Positions 25,733-34,449 are shown, numbered from the stretch's first letter. The stretch: DNA of 64,000 nt from Candidatus Woesearchaeota archaeon (GCA_016188215.1 JACPIF010000011.1:2139-66138), one strand, 5' to 3'. Notes: generated by a model from the sequence alone, not told the origin. A program made the numbers and translations.

Positions 25733-27034
25733 TTATTTGTGGGCTTTTGTTTTGCGCCATCTGCGGAAAACGAAATATCCTGCAGCCAATATGGCGAGAA
25801 TAATTGCAATCCCTATCGCAAGGTTGCCCTCCGCCAGCCCCATCTTCCTCGCCTCGCTTGCAGAATACAGCGGCAGCTCCAGGCTTGCCTGCCGGCTGTA
25901 GGGGTTGTTGTTGGAATCCTTGAATTCGTACCTTACTGGGATTGCCACTTTATCCTTGTCTGACTTGACATAAACCTTGAATTCTGCTGTAGAGAAATCG
26001 TCGCTGTCAAGCTCGCCTATATACATCTCATTGCTTCCAACGACAGTTACCTCTTCAGTTGGCTCAATCTTGAGATTAAGGAACTTTATGTCAGACGTTC
26101 CCTTGTTGACGACTTTCAGCACGATGGCGCCTGCCTTTCCTGATGTATAGACCTCGGTGCTCTGTATCGCGACAGACAGCTCCGGCTCTTCCCCTATCAG
26201 TATCCCGATGACATTCTGCTTGGTGAAATTCTTTCCCTGTCGGTCAACATACTTTATCTCTACAGGCAGCCTGTACGCCTTTGACTCTGCATCCGCATCA
26301 ACAGCGAATGTGTACAGCAGCGTGGCACCCTCTTTCCCGTCCATATTTCCTATGACTTTCTCATTGCTGCCGCCGATCGGGCTGAATGGTTTTTCTGTAT
26401 CGCCGGCTCCCAGGTCAACCATCACTCTGATATTCTTCAGCAGCGCACTCGCGTGGTTCACCACTAAGAAGCTGAGCTTGAAAGTCCCTCCTGGCCTCAC
26501 GAGCTCCGGTTCAACTGTCACTTTATCAATCCCTATTACAGCATCATGGCTCTGCACCCGTATCGCAAAAGGCCTTGGCCTGGTCCATGTCTGCCCATTG
26601 TCAGTGCTATATCTCACATTCAGCAGGTTATCGCCTTCAACTGCGTCCTTGTTAATGAGCAGCCGGTAATGTACAATTGCACCCTGCTCTCCAATCTGCC
26701 GCCCATAGATAGTGCCAAGATTAACCTGCGCACTCTGCCCATCCCCTAGCTTGAAGGGAAACTCAGGCAGTATCTCAAAGATAAAATTCTCTGCAGGCTC
26801 GCCCCCGGTATTCTCTATCTTGAAGCGTATATCCACAAGGCTGCCCGGCTCGGCAGGATCCGGATCCTGGTTAACCAGTGAATACCCTTTCTCCTGCCCG
26901 GAGAAATTCTGCTTGTCCCTCAGGACGATGTTTGTGCTGTCTGTTGCGTATTCTGCCCACACCGCAGCGCTCAGCACTGCTGTCAATAGTATCAATATTC
27001 CAATGGCCTGTTTCATATTTCCCTCCCTCCTCAT
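25733..27034 (-). CDS. secreted beta-rich protein with a C-terminal membrane anchor (CARDB / COG1361-like)
   Basis: 433 aa. Signal peptide, repeated beta-sandwich-like segments, C-terminal TM plus basic tail (FVFRRWRKTKAHK). Confidence 0.6.
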   Translation of the reverse strand: MRREGNMKQAIGILILLTAVLSAAVWAEYATDSTNIVLRDKQNFSGQEKGYSLVNQDPDPAEPGSLVDIRFKIENTGGEPAENFIFEILPEFPFKLGDGQSAQVNLGTIYGRQIGEQGAIVHYRLLINKDAVEGDNLLNVRYSTDNGQTWTRPRPFAIRVQSHDAVIGIDKVTVEPELVRPGGTFKLSFLVVNHASALLKNIRVMVDLGAGDTEKPFSPIGGSNEKVIGNMDGKEGATLLYTFAVDADAESKAYRLPVEIKYVDRQGKNFTKQNVIGILIGEEPELSVAIQSTEVYTSGKAGAIVLKVVNKGTSDIKFLNLKIEPTEEVTVVGSNEMYIGELDSDDFSTAEFKVYVKSDKDKVAIPVRYEFKDSNNNPYSRQASLELPLYSASEARKMGLAEGNLAIGIAIILAILAAGYFVFRRWRKTKAHK

Positions 27035-27035
27035 G

Positions 27036-27734
27036 CTATTTTGCTAGTTTGACTTTAGATTTGACAATAATCCCGTCCTTCAGGTACTCAATCCGCTCTG
27101 CAGCATGCGCCAGCTGCTCGTCATGCGTGACCATGATAATAGTCCTCTTTTCCTCTTTATGCAATCGCTTCAGGAAATCCAGCACCATTGCTCCTGTCTT
27201 GCTGTCAAGGTTCCCGGTCGGTTCATCTGCAATTATCACCTCAGGATCATTTGCCAGTGCGCGTGCAATCGCTACTCTTTGCTGCTGCCCGCCTGAAAGC
27301 TCGCTTGGCTTGTGCTGCATCCTGTCAGCCAGCCCGACGAGCTCTAGCAATTCCCATGCCTTTTTCCTGCGCTCGTCCTCAGGGATATCCTGGAAGATCA
27401 TTGGCAGCATCACGTTCTCAAGCGCAGTTAATGTAGATATCAGGTTGAACTGCTGGAAGATGAACCCTATCTTTTTGCCGCGGATTTGCGCGAGCGCTGA
27501 CTCACTGAGGTGCGATATATCCTTGTCCTCCAGTAAAATGCGCCCCTTGGAAGGGATGTCAAGGCATCCTATCATGTTGACCGCAGTGCTCTTCCCGGAT
27601 CCTGACGGGCCCATTACTGCCACAAACTCCCCGCGCTTTACATCAAGGTTCAGCCCTCGCAGCGCAGCTACCTCAACTTTCCCCAGCGAGTAGACTTTCC
27701 ATACCTGCTCAAGCCTGATGATTGCCTTTCCCAT
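27036..27734 (-). CDS. ABC transporter ATP-binding protein (MacB/LolD-like)
   Basis: 232 aa. GPSGSGKST, LSGGQQQRVAIARAL, IIADEPTGNLD, VTHD. Confidence 0.92.
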   Translation of the reverse strand: MGKAIIRLEQVWKVYSLGKVEVAALRGLNLDVKRGEFVAVMGPSGSGKSTAVNMIGCLDIPSKGRILLEDKDISHLSESALAQIRGKKIGFIFQQFNLISTLTALENVMLPMIFQDIPEDERRKKAWELLELVGLADRMQHKPSELSGGQQQRVAIARALANDPEVIIADEPTGNLDSKTGAMVLDFLKRLHKEEKRTIIMVTHDEQLAHAAERIEYLKDGIIVKSKVKLAK

Positions 27735-28239
27735 TGAATCTCCTCAGCTTGCGGACCGCTTCCCGCAGTACAGCTTTGATCTGCTTCTCATTGCCTATCA
27801 CTTTATTGCCTGCATAGAGCTTGAATATTGACCCTCTCACCATGCCCACTTCAGGCTGCAGCTCCTTGAAAGGAATCTCGCCTTTCTTGAGCTGCTCCAT
27901 GATCATTAAAAAGAAGTTTGCATCATGCTTGTCATATGCAATTGCCTGATGCAGCCTTAGCATCTCGCCCATGCGCTCCAGCAGCTCATGCTTTTTCTGC
28001 ATAAAGAGCTTTACATGCTGCCTGCCCTTGGCAGTTATGGCATACCTGTTCCTCCGCTTCTCCTCCGCGTGGCTTATCAGCCCCTCGTCCTCAAGCTTTT
28101 GCAGCAGTGGAAAAATGCTTCCCGGGCTTGGCTTCCAGAACCCTGTTTCCAGCTTTATCTGCTTGATGATAGCATAGCCTGACAGCTCCTGCTTTGTAAG
28201 GATTTTCAGTACCAATAATTTGAGGTGTCCGGGAAACAT
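27709..28239 (-). CDS. PadR-family transcriptional regulator
   Basis: 176 aa. LKLLVLKILTKQELSGYAIIKQI..SPGSIFPLLQKLEDEGLI. Confidence 0.8.
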   Translation of the reverse strand: MFPGHLKLLVLKILTKQELSGYAIIKQIKLETGFWKPSPGSIFPLLQKLEDEGLISHAEEKRRNRYAITAKGRQHVKLFMQKKHELLERMGEMLRLHQAIAYDKHDANFFLMIMEQLKKGEIPFKELQPEVGMVRGSIFKLYAGNKVIGNEKQIKAVLREAVRKLRRFNGKGNHQA

Positions 28240-28250
28240 GGTATCTTCTC

Positions 28251-28271
28251 CGATATATCGCTGCCGATATC
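28251..28271. promoter_or_regulatory. candidate operator in the divergent PadR intergenic region
   Basis: Perfect 10-bp palindrome CGATATATCG (28251-28260) plus a second CGATATC (28265-28271). TTTATAAA at 28288-28295 lies about 26 nt before the ATG at 28318, which would fit a leaderless transcript. Confidence 0.35.
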
Positions 28272-28317
28272 TGCTAAGATAGAATGATTTATAAATTTTT
28301 TCAAGTTACCTGCCCTT

Positions 28318-28896
28318 ATGAGGAAGCGCAGGAAATCTTGGAATTGGTCCGCCATTATTATAGTAGCCATACTCGTCAGCAGCACTTTTGCCGTCACTTT
28401 CTATGGCCTCACCCAGAATAGCAATGAAACCCAGAAGTATAACGGCTACAAGTTCATCAGGGCGCAGGCCGGCTGGCTTGTCACCATTAATGGAAGGCAG
28501 GTCTTTTTCAACGCAGCTCCCTCGGAAGTTGAGAACCTCATGCTTGACCCGCAGGCAGTCCGGGCGCTCAGGTCAACGCCGGAGATTGATGTGACCTCTT
28601 CCCTTAATGACACGAATGCGGAGGCTATAGCCATTGCTGAGATCCAGATGGAGCAGGTGCTTGGTGATCTTTCTCGGATATATTTAAGAAGGGGATTCCT
28701 GGAAAACACGAGCTATAATCTGCCTGTCATCACCTGCAGCCAGCCTTCACAAGTTCCTGTCATTTACTTTAGGACAGGTTTAAATACCTCTTTTTATTCT
28801 GAAGGCTCCTGCCTGGTCGCTGAGGCTGAAACAGCAGGTGACATGCTGAAGCTTAAGGACAGGATTATATATGCAATCTACGGGGTTATCCCATGA
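28318..28896 (+). CDS. membrane-anchored extracytoplasmic protein, paralog A
   Basis: 192 aa. N-terminal TM. YNGYKF, two Cys, C-terminal IIYAIYGVI. Confidence 0.55.
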   Translation: MRKRRKSWNWSAIIIVAILVSSTFAVTFYGLTQNSNETQKYNGYKFIRAQAGWLVTINGRQVFFNAAPSEVENLMLDPQAVRALRSTPEIDVTSSLNDTNAEAIAIAEIQMEQVLGDLSRIYLRRGFLENTSYNLPVITCSQPSQVPVIYFRTGLNTSFYSEGSCLVAEAETAGDMLKLKDRIIYAIYGVIP

Positions 28897-29564
28897 CTGA
28901 AAAGCGCAGGACAGGGGCTGCTCAGGAATCTGTGCAGCCTGAGCCTCAGGAAGCCCCCCTGATTGAGAACAGGAAGCTGTTTGTTTTGGTTGCAATAGTT
29001 CTAGGCATTATACTTGCTGTATTTGCGATGAAATTCTTCCTTAAGGACCAGGGTGCGTCTTATCCTCACTATACATACAACGGCTATGAATTCTACCAGT
29101 ATGCAGGCCTGTGGAATACTGAGTGGCAGCAGGCCAATAAGCTTTATCAGGTGCACATCCGCTATGGTCCGCGGGAATCCGAGGATGTCCAGGTGTTTGA
29201 AGGCCCTGATGTGACTTTCAATCCGCAGGGCAAGTTATACCTCACACATGACCCAGCAGAAGGAGGTCTTGGCTATGTTGCACTAGCCTCTGCGGAGTTA
29301 AGCCTTACGCTTTCCCAGGTTTTTAACATAACGCCTATTGCAGCCTGCACCCAGAATACGACATCTGCATGCGCCTCCCGCCCCATCATAAACTGCGAAA
29401 GCAATCCAGGGCAGGGCGCAGTCATCTACCTTAAGGAGATCCCGGACCCGGCTGAAACCGCCATTATCCTGAATGGAAACTGCATGCAGGTCCAGGGCTC
29501 ACGTGAAGAATTGGTTCGCGCAGCCGACAAGGTCATCTGGATTTGGTACGGCATTATCAAATAG
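28893..29564 (+). CDS. membrane-anchored extracytoplasmic protein, paralog B
   Basis: 223 aa. N-terminal TM. YNGYEF, Cys pairs, C-terminal VIWIWYGII. ATGA overlap with paralog A. Confidence 0.55.
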   Translation: MTEKRRTGAAQESVQPEPQEAPLIENRKLFVLVAIVLGIILAVFAMKFFLKDQGASYPHYTYNGYEFYQYAGLWNTEWQQANKLYQVHIRYGPRESEDVQVFEGPDVTFNPQGKLYLTHDPAEGGLGYVALASAELSLTLSQVFNITPIAACTQNTTSACASRPIINCESNPGQGAVIYLKEIPDPAETAIILNGNCMQVQGSREELVRAADKVIWIWYGIIK

Positions 29565-29607
29565 TGTAAGGTTCGTTCCTCAAATATTATATAGCAACTT
29601 TCGGATA

Positions 29608-29730
29608 GTGGGTGAGATAAATCTCACCCACACTGCGCGAGAAGTCCCCCGAATCGCAGATTAAAAATAAAATCGGGGGACATTTGGCACAGTGCGATGA
29701 GGTTCACCTCATCGCTATTCGCGTAGCGAT
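29608..29730 (+). other. cluster of four GC-rich hairpins (possible structured RNA or leader)
   Basis: Stems at 29608-29631 (11 bp), 29644-29681 (GTCCCCCGA..TCGGGGGAC), 29694-29715 (9 bp) and 29711-29730 (7 bp). The last two share ATCGC and so exclude each other. Confidence 0.4.
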
Positions 29731-29738
29731 CCAAGTTT

Positions 29739-30347
29739 ATGCAAATCCAAAAACTTACAATGAAGCATTATTTCTCAGAAAAGCAGGAAGCCCCGTTCAG
29801 GCTGAAGAAGATAGCAGCGGTTCTGCAGCGCAGGCAATTTGAGTTCTTCACAGCCCCCGGCGTATTCTCAAAATCAAAGGTTGACAAGGGGACAGAGCTC
29901 CTGACAAATTCAATGCAGTTGAAGGAAAATGCAAGAATCCTTGACATGGGCTGCGGCATAGGTATAATTGGCATTGTTGCAGCCAAGGTTTTCAGTGCAG
30001 ATCCATTGTTGATAGATATCAACGAGCGTGCCCTGAGCCTGGCAAAGAGGAATGTAAAGCTGAATGCAGTCAAGGCTGAGGTGCGTAAAAGCAACCTTTA
30101 CGGCAGCGTTCCGGAGAAATTTGATGCAATCTTGGTGAATCCTCCCCAGAAGGCAGGCAAGAAAGTATGCCACGCGATCATAGAGCAGGCCCCTTTGCGC
30201 CTGAATCCTGGCGGCACCCTGCAATTAGTTGCGAGACACAACAAAGGCGGCCGTGACATGAGCAACCGCATGAAAGAAGTATTTGGCAACCTGCAGGACA
30301 TAGCAAAGCAGTCCGGGTATCGCGTCTATCTTTCAAAAATGATATAA
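29739..30347 (+). CDS. class I SAM-dependent methyltransferase (MTS / RsmC-like small domain)
   Basis: 202 aa. ILDMGCGIGIIG (motif I), ILVNPP (N-methyltransferase motif IV). Confidence 0.8.
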   Translation: MQIQKLTMKHYFSEKQEAPFRLKKIAAVLQRRQFEFFTAPGVFSKSKVDKGTELLTNSMQLKENARILDMGCGIGIIGIVAAKVFSADPLLIDINERALSLAKRNVKLNAVKAEVRKSNLYGSVPEKFDAILVNPPQKAGKKVCHAIIEQAPLRLNPGGTLQLVARHNKGGRDMSNRMKEVFGNLQDIAKQSGYRVYLSKMI

Positions 30348-30457
30348 GCATATATACTTCATATTTCTTGACCAAAAGATATATATAATCTCTTTCGGTA
30401 TAGTACAGTATACTGAGTAAAGAGGGTGTTTCTCTATTAAAATAGAGATAATAGACG

Positions 30458-30474
30458 AGTCCGGGGGACTTTTT
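30458..30474 (+). terminator. GC hairpin plus T5 (AGTCC-GGG-GGACT TTTT)
   Basis: Hairpin 30458-30470, T-run 30470-30474. It lies 14 nt upstream of the ATG at 30488, so it could instead be a leader structure. Confidence 0.35.
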
Positions 30475-30487
30475 CTGAGGTAAAACT

Positions 30488-32197
30488 ATGAGTAAAAATC
30501 CATTTTCAAATGTTCGTGATTTGTATATCTCTCCTGAATTTGCCTTATGGTCTGATTTTAATATGTATTCAGGAGGTTTAGGAGGGCTTGCGGGATGTAT
30601 CGCATTTAAAGCTGCAGACAGAAAACTCCCGCTTGCAGGAGCAAGCTTGCGCTATAAGCATGGATACCAAGATCAAATCATCCAAAAGGGAAAGCAAGTC
30701 GAATTGCCAAGGCAGAGTTCAGACATATTTACAGAAAGGCTTGATGAGACAGTAAAGGTGGATATATTTGGAAGGCCTGTAACCTGCTACATTGATGTTG
30801 CTAAAGTCCCGGGCCAGACTGGTGGCACAGTCCCTGTATTTTTCCTGGATCCAGACCATCCTGGAAATGAAGATTGGGATAAAGATATTGCAAGGCAGCT
30901 TTATCCTAAGGAAGATAGTGTGCGGCTTGCACAGGCAATGCTGCTTGGTGTCGGAACTGTCAAGGTAATGTATGAAATTTTTGGAGTAAACCTTCGTTCT
31001 GTACATTTAAATGACGCGCATGGTGCCTTTGCAGCTGTTGAGATGATGAGGATATTTGGCGGCGACATTGAAAAAGTTCGGGAACACCTCAAATTTACTA
31101 CCCATACCGCCGTTGCAGGAGCAAACTGGTACTTCAATCCAAATGAAGTAAGGAGTGCAATGAACGGGCTTTCAGGATATTTTAGTATGCCACATGATCG
31201 CTACTTGAGCATGCTTGAACTGGCAATAGAGCATGCCGGATATATAAATGCAGTATCAAAAAAACACCAATTGGTGACTGCTAATCTTAGACCATTTTCA
31301 GGAAGAACTATTGATTTTATTACAAATGGAGTGTATCGAAATAGATGGGTAGGTCCGGCATTCAGGGAATTGTATGATAAATATCTTGCAGGTTGGCAAA
31401 TAGATCCATCCAAGTTCGCAGATACACATGCCATCTCAGATGAAGAGATTATGCGTGCTCATCACTACCAAAAGTTAGCTATGCATGACCATATACGTGA
31501 AAAGACAGGTGAAAGCTTAAACCCAGAGGCTGTTGATGTTGTGTTCGCGAGAAGATCGTCTAATTACAAAAGACCAGACTTAATATCCCATGATATTGCA
31601 GCGCTCAAGAGGGCGGTAGGTAAGCATCCAATAAATTTAATATACGCCGGAAAAGCTCATCCTGCAGATGAGAAAGGTAAGAGACATATTGAAACACTTT
31701 TGAGATTTGCCAAAGAATTACGTGAAGAGGGCTCTAACATTAGAGTTGTTTTTGTTCCAAATTACAGTATCAGAGATGCTCAGATGTATGTTGGAGGAAC
31801 AGATTCATGGCTTAATTTGCCAAAACCTCCTTTAGAAGCATCAGGTACCAGCCCTGCAAAACCTGAGGCACCAATACTAAGCACTCAAGATGGCATTATT
31901 ATTGAAATGAAACGGCATTCGGAGGGCAAGTTACCAATCGGTAGATTCATAGGAGAGGAAGAAAGCACCAATATTGCAGTGCAAGAGCGAGACCCGGCAC
32001 AAGATGCGCGCCACGCTGCTGAGCTGTACGACCATCTAGGGCAACTAGCAAGAGATGGAGTACAGGCAAGAGATTTCAGAGGAAAAATTGAAGGGTTTGA
32101 TTTTACCGATGCAGATAGGATGGTGCAGGAGTATCAGGAAGTATGGGAAGGAACCCGAATTGTGAGACCACTCGAAGATTTGGTTGCAACCAAATAG
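30488..32197 (+). CDS. alpha-glucan phosphorylase family (GT35) protein, divergent
   Basis: 569 aa. N-terminal YSGGLGGLAG and LRYKHGYQDQ match the family. The C-terminal EASGTSPAK occupies the place of the EASGTSGMK PLP-lysine motif. Confidence 0.7.
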   Translation: MSKNPFSNVRDLYISPEFALWSDFNMYSGGLGGLAGCIAFKAADRKLPLAGASLRYKHGYQDQIIQKGKQVELPRQSSDIFTERLDETVKVDIFGRPVTCYIDVAKVPGQTGGTVPVFFLDPDHPGNEDWDKDIARQLYPKEDSVRLAQAMLLGVGTVKVMYEIFGVNLRSVHLNDAHGAFAAVEMMRIFGGDIEKVREHLKFTTHTAVAGANWYFNPNEVRSAMNGLSGYFSMPHDRYLSMLELAIEHAGYINAVSKKHQLVTANLRPFSGRTIDFITNGVYRNRWVGPAFRELYDKYLAGWQIDPSKFADTHAISDEEIMRAHHYQKLAMHDHIREKTGESLNPEAVDVVFARRSSNYKRPDLISHDIAALKRAVGKHPINLIYAGKAHPADEKGKRHIETLLRFAKELREEGSNIRVVFVPNYSIRDAQMYVGGTDSWLNLPKPPLEASGTSPAKPEAPILSTQDGIIIEMKRHSEGKLPIGRFIGEEESTNIAVQERDPAQDARHAAELYDHLGQLARDGVQARDFRGKIEGFDFTDADRMVQEYQEVWEGTRIVRPLEDLVATK

Positions 32198-32477
32198 AAG
32201 CAAAATGGTAAATATTAGAAATCAAAATGAGCCTTGCCTAACCATTGAACGCAGAGTACTAGATTGCGAATATATAGTTGTTACAAATGGCAGCCCCTTT
32301 TTGGCACTGATGATCGAAAGAGGAAAACCAACTCTTATTAAGCCGGAAGAAGTTCCTCCCGCAGCAGCTTTTGTCAGTCGAGTTTCATTGTCTCAAGAAG
32401 CATTAGATGCATTGTATGCTGCTCAGAGACTGAAAGAGCAAGACCAGTTTCACTCATATCATCCAGAAGTATCCTAA
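32184..32477 (+). CDS. hypothetical protein
   Basis: 97-aa ORF that overlaps the phosphorylase stop. An internal ATG at 32205 is an alternative start. Confidence 0.35.
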   Translation: MQPNRSKMVNIRNQNEPCLTIERRVLDCEYIVVTNGSPFLALMIERGKPTLIKPEEVPPAAAFVSRVSLSQEALDALYAAQRLKEQDQFHSYHPEVS

Positions 32478-32827
32478 ACTTCTTCCAATTCTCTTTCGCC
32501 GGCAACCACAAACCTAATCCCCAGTCCAAGCCTTGTCAAAGCAGATATCAGCGCCATATGCTCCTTCCCTTCCCCAGAGACAAGATTTACTGCAACTTCC
32601 AAATCAGTAATCTTGTCCTTAAGCTGCATCTGTATATCTTTAGAGATTTCCTGAACGCTTTTGCTTGTCTTGATGATGACGAACTCAACATTTCTTCCGG
32701 CCTGGAATTTAGTGCCGAACTCTTCGGTGATCAAATACACTTTATCCCATTGCTGCTGCGAAATCAGCCTAGAAACATGCGCCCAGCTTCCCTTCCCTGT
32801 TGTCAGGCATGCAACCAACGAAGTCAT
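32474..32827 (-). CDS. small Rossmann-like protein, family uncertain
   Basis: 117 aa. ACLTTGKGSW near the N-terminus, and NLVSGEGKEHMALISA. 4-nt overlap with the upstream dehydrogenase. Confidence 0.5.
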   Translation of the reverse strand: MTSLVACLTTGKGSWAHVSRLISQQQWDKVYLITEEFGTKFQAGRNVEFVIIKTSKSVQEISKDIQMQLKDKITDLEVAVNLVSGEGKEHMALISALTRLGLGIRFVVAGERELEEV

Positions 32828-33714
32828 TGGTCCTGCACCTTGACCCCTGCAATCTCCTCATGCACTTTAATCAAAGCGCTCATATCAAGGTCGCCATATC
32901 CCTTTGCTTTCGCAATACCTAGCATCTCCCGCACAATGGCAGTTCCTGGCAGCGCTACCCCAAGCTTCTTTCCGGTCTGTGTCATTAGATCTGTATCTTT
33001 ATGCATCAAGGATAAGGCAAAATGCTGCTCAAAATCATTCCTGCCTATGGTTTCAGTCTTGAACTTTATCCAAGGGCTTGCAAAGCCCGAGGAATTCAGC
33101 ACTTCCTTTACTGTTGCATAAGGAATCCCTGCCTTGCGCGCAAACACAATGCCTTCTGCAAGCGCTTCCATGAGGAATGCGCTTACCATGTTATTGACGA
33201 GCTTGATATAGCTGCCCTTGCCGCTATCGCCTATATGCAGGGTCTTGCTTCCCATCGCATTGAAGACGTCCAGATGCTTCTCCATGGCATCTTTATCCCC
33301 TCCAACCATGAAAAGCAAAGTCCCTTCAGCCGCCCCTAATTTGCTTCCGGTTACCGGCGCGTCTAAGTAATAAATGCCTTTCCTCTTCAGCGCAGTGGAG
33401 CACTTGACAGAGCATTCCGGCGTTACCGTGCTTGAATCAATGATAGCGCTTCCCGGTTTCATGGCATCAGCCAACCCGCCCTTATAGAATATGACATCTT
33501 CCACTGCCACCGGATCAGTGACAATCATGACCACAACATCACAATCCTTCAGCTCAGCTATTGACCTGGCAACCTTTGCTCCCTTGGCAGAAAACTCTTT
33601 AGTCTTCTCAATATTCCTGTTATATACAGTAAGGTCAAACCCCTTCCTGAGCAGGTTGCTCGCCATGCCCCCGCCCATCACCCCAAGGCCTATAAACCCG
33701 ATTTTCTTTACCAT
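32824..33714 (-). CDS. NAD(P)-dependent beta-hydroxyacid dehydrogenase (3-hydroxyisobutyrate / 6-PGDH-like)
   Basis: 296 aa. IGFIGLGVMGGGMASNL, DAPVTGS, KLVNN. Confidence 0.88.
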   Translation of the reverse strand: MVKKIGFIGLGVMGGGMASNLLRKGFDLTVYNRNIEKTKEFSAKGAKVARSIAELKDCDVVVMIVTDPVAVEDVIFYKGGLADAMKPGSAIIDSSTVTPECSVKCSTALKRKGIYYLDAPVTGSKLGAAEGTLLFMVGGDKDAMEKHLDVFNAMGSKTLHIGDSGKGSYIKLVNNMVSAFLMEALAEGIVFARKAGIPYATVKEVLNSSGFASPWIKFKTETIGRNDFEQHFALSLMHKDTDLMTQTGKKLGVALPGTAIVREMLGIAKAKGYGDLDMSALIKVHEEIAGVKVQDQ

Positions 33715-33834
33715 GGTAAACCCCCGTATCGTTACCGAGAAGAATCAAGCCGATTATTTAAGGTTTATCTCAGTCTTCAGCTTAAACTGATATTTTACAA
33801 ATATTTTTATAGTAATCCCAAAAGTAAAATAGTA

Positions 33835-34449
33835 ATGTCTCTTATCACGTCATCCCTGCAAAAGATACCTGCTGCGCTTAAGGAATTCTTCATGGACGAG
33901 CAGTTCCTGGACTTGTTCCTGTTAACACTCGCGTTGACAATTGCAGCTTTCATCATTTGGTTCATGTACCGCCAGCTTTCAAGAAGGGATTTATTCAAGG
34001 AGCCGATAGTAGACCACACGACCGCAGAAAAAGGATCGCTTAAGAGAAAGCTGCTTTACCTGGTAGAATACGGCACGCTATTTCCGATACTCACCTTCAT
34101 TTGGTTTTTAGTGTTCTCCGCCTGCCTGTACCTGCTCTTGGATGGCTACAATCTCACTGACATTCTGCTGTTGAGCATTGTCCTTATCTCTGCCTCAAGG
34201 ATAGCAGCATACATAAGCCAGCCCTTTGCAGAAGACCTTGCAAAGCTCTTGCCCCTGACTTTAATAGCAACTGTAATCCTAAATCCCGAGTTCAGCGCCC
34301 AGCTCCAGCTGAAGAACTTCTCAACTTTTACAGCAGCCATACCTCAGATGGCAAAATACCTTGTCTTCACCGTCTTCCTGGAATTATTCCTGAGGATGTC
34401 TCATGGCATCTATGCCCATCTTAAAAATAACAAAAAAGATAAGAAATAA
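33835..34449 (+). CDS. polytopic membrane protein
   Basis: 204 aa with 5-6 hydrophobic spans. Confidence 0.55.
   Translation: MSLITSSLQKIPAALKEFFMDEQFLDLFLLTLALTIAAFIIWFMYRQLSRRDLFKEPIVDHTTAEKGSLKRKLLYLVEYGTLFPILTFIWFLVFSACLYLLLDGYNLTDILLLSIVLISASRIAAYISQPFAEDLAKLLPLTLIATVILNPEFSAQLQLKNFSTFTAAIPQMAKYLVFTVFLELFLRMSHGIYAHLKNNKKDKK

Noticed and set aside
26878-27693. 271-aa plus-strand ORF, plus several other long ORFs antisense to the ABC operon (23302-23724, 24522-25193, 26157-26669)
   Set aside because: These are low-complexity Ser/Pro/Cys-rich translations opposite genes with strong conserved ABC and FtsX motifs. They are shadow ORFs.
32558-33121. 187-aa plus-strand ORF
   Set aside because: It is antisense across two well-supported minus-strand genes, the Rossmann-like ORF and the dehydrogenase.
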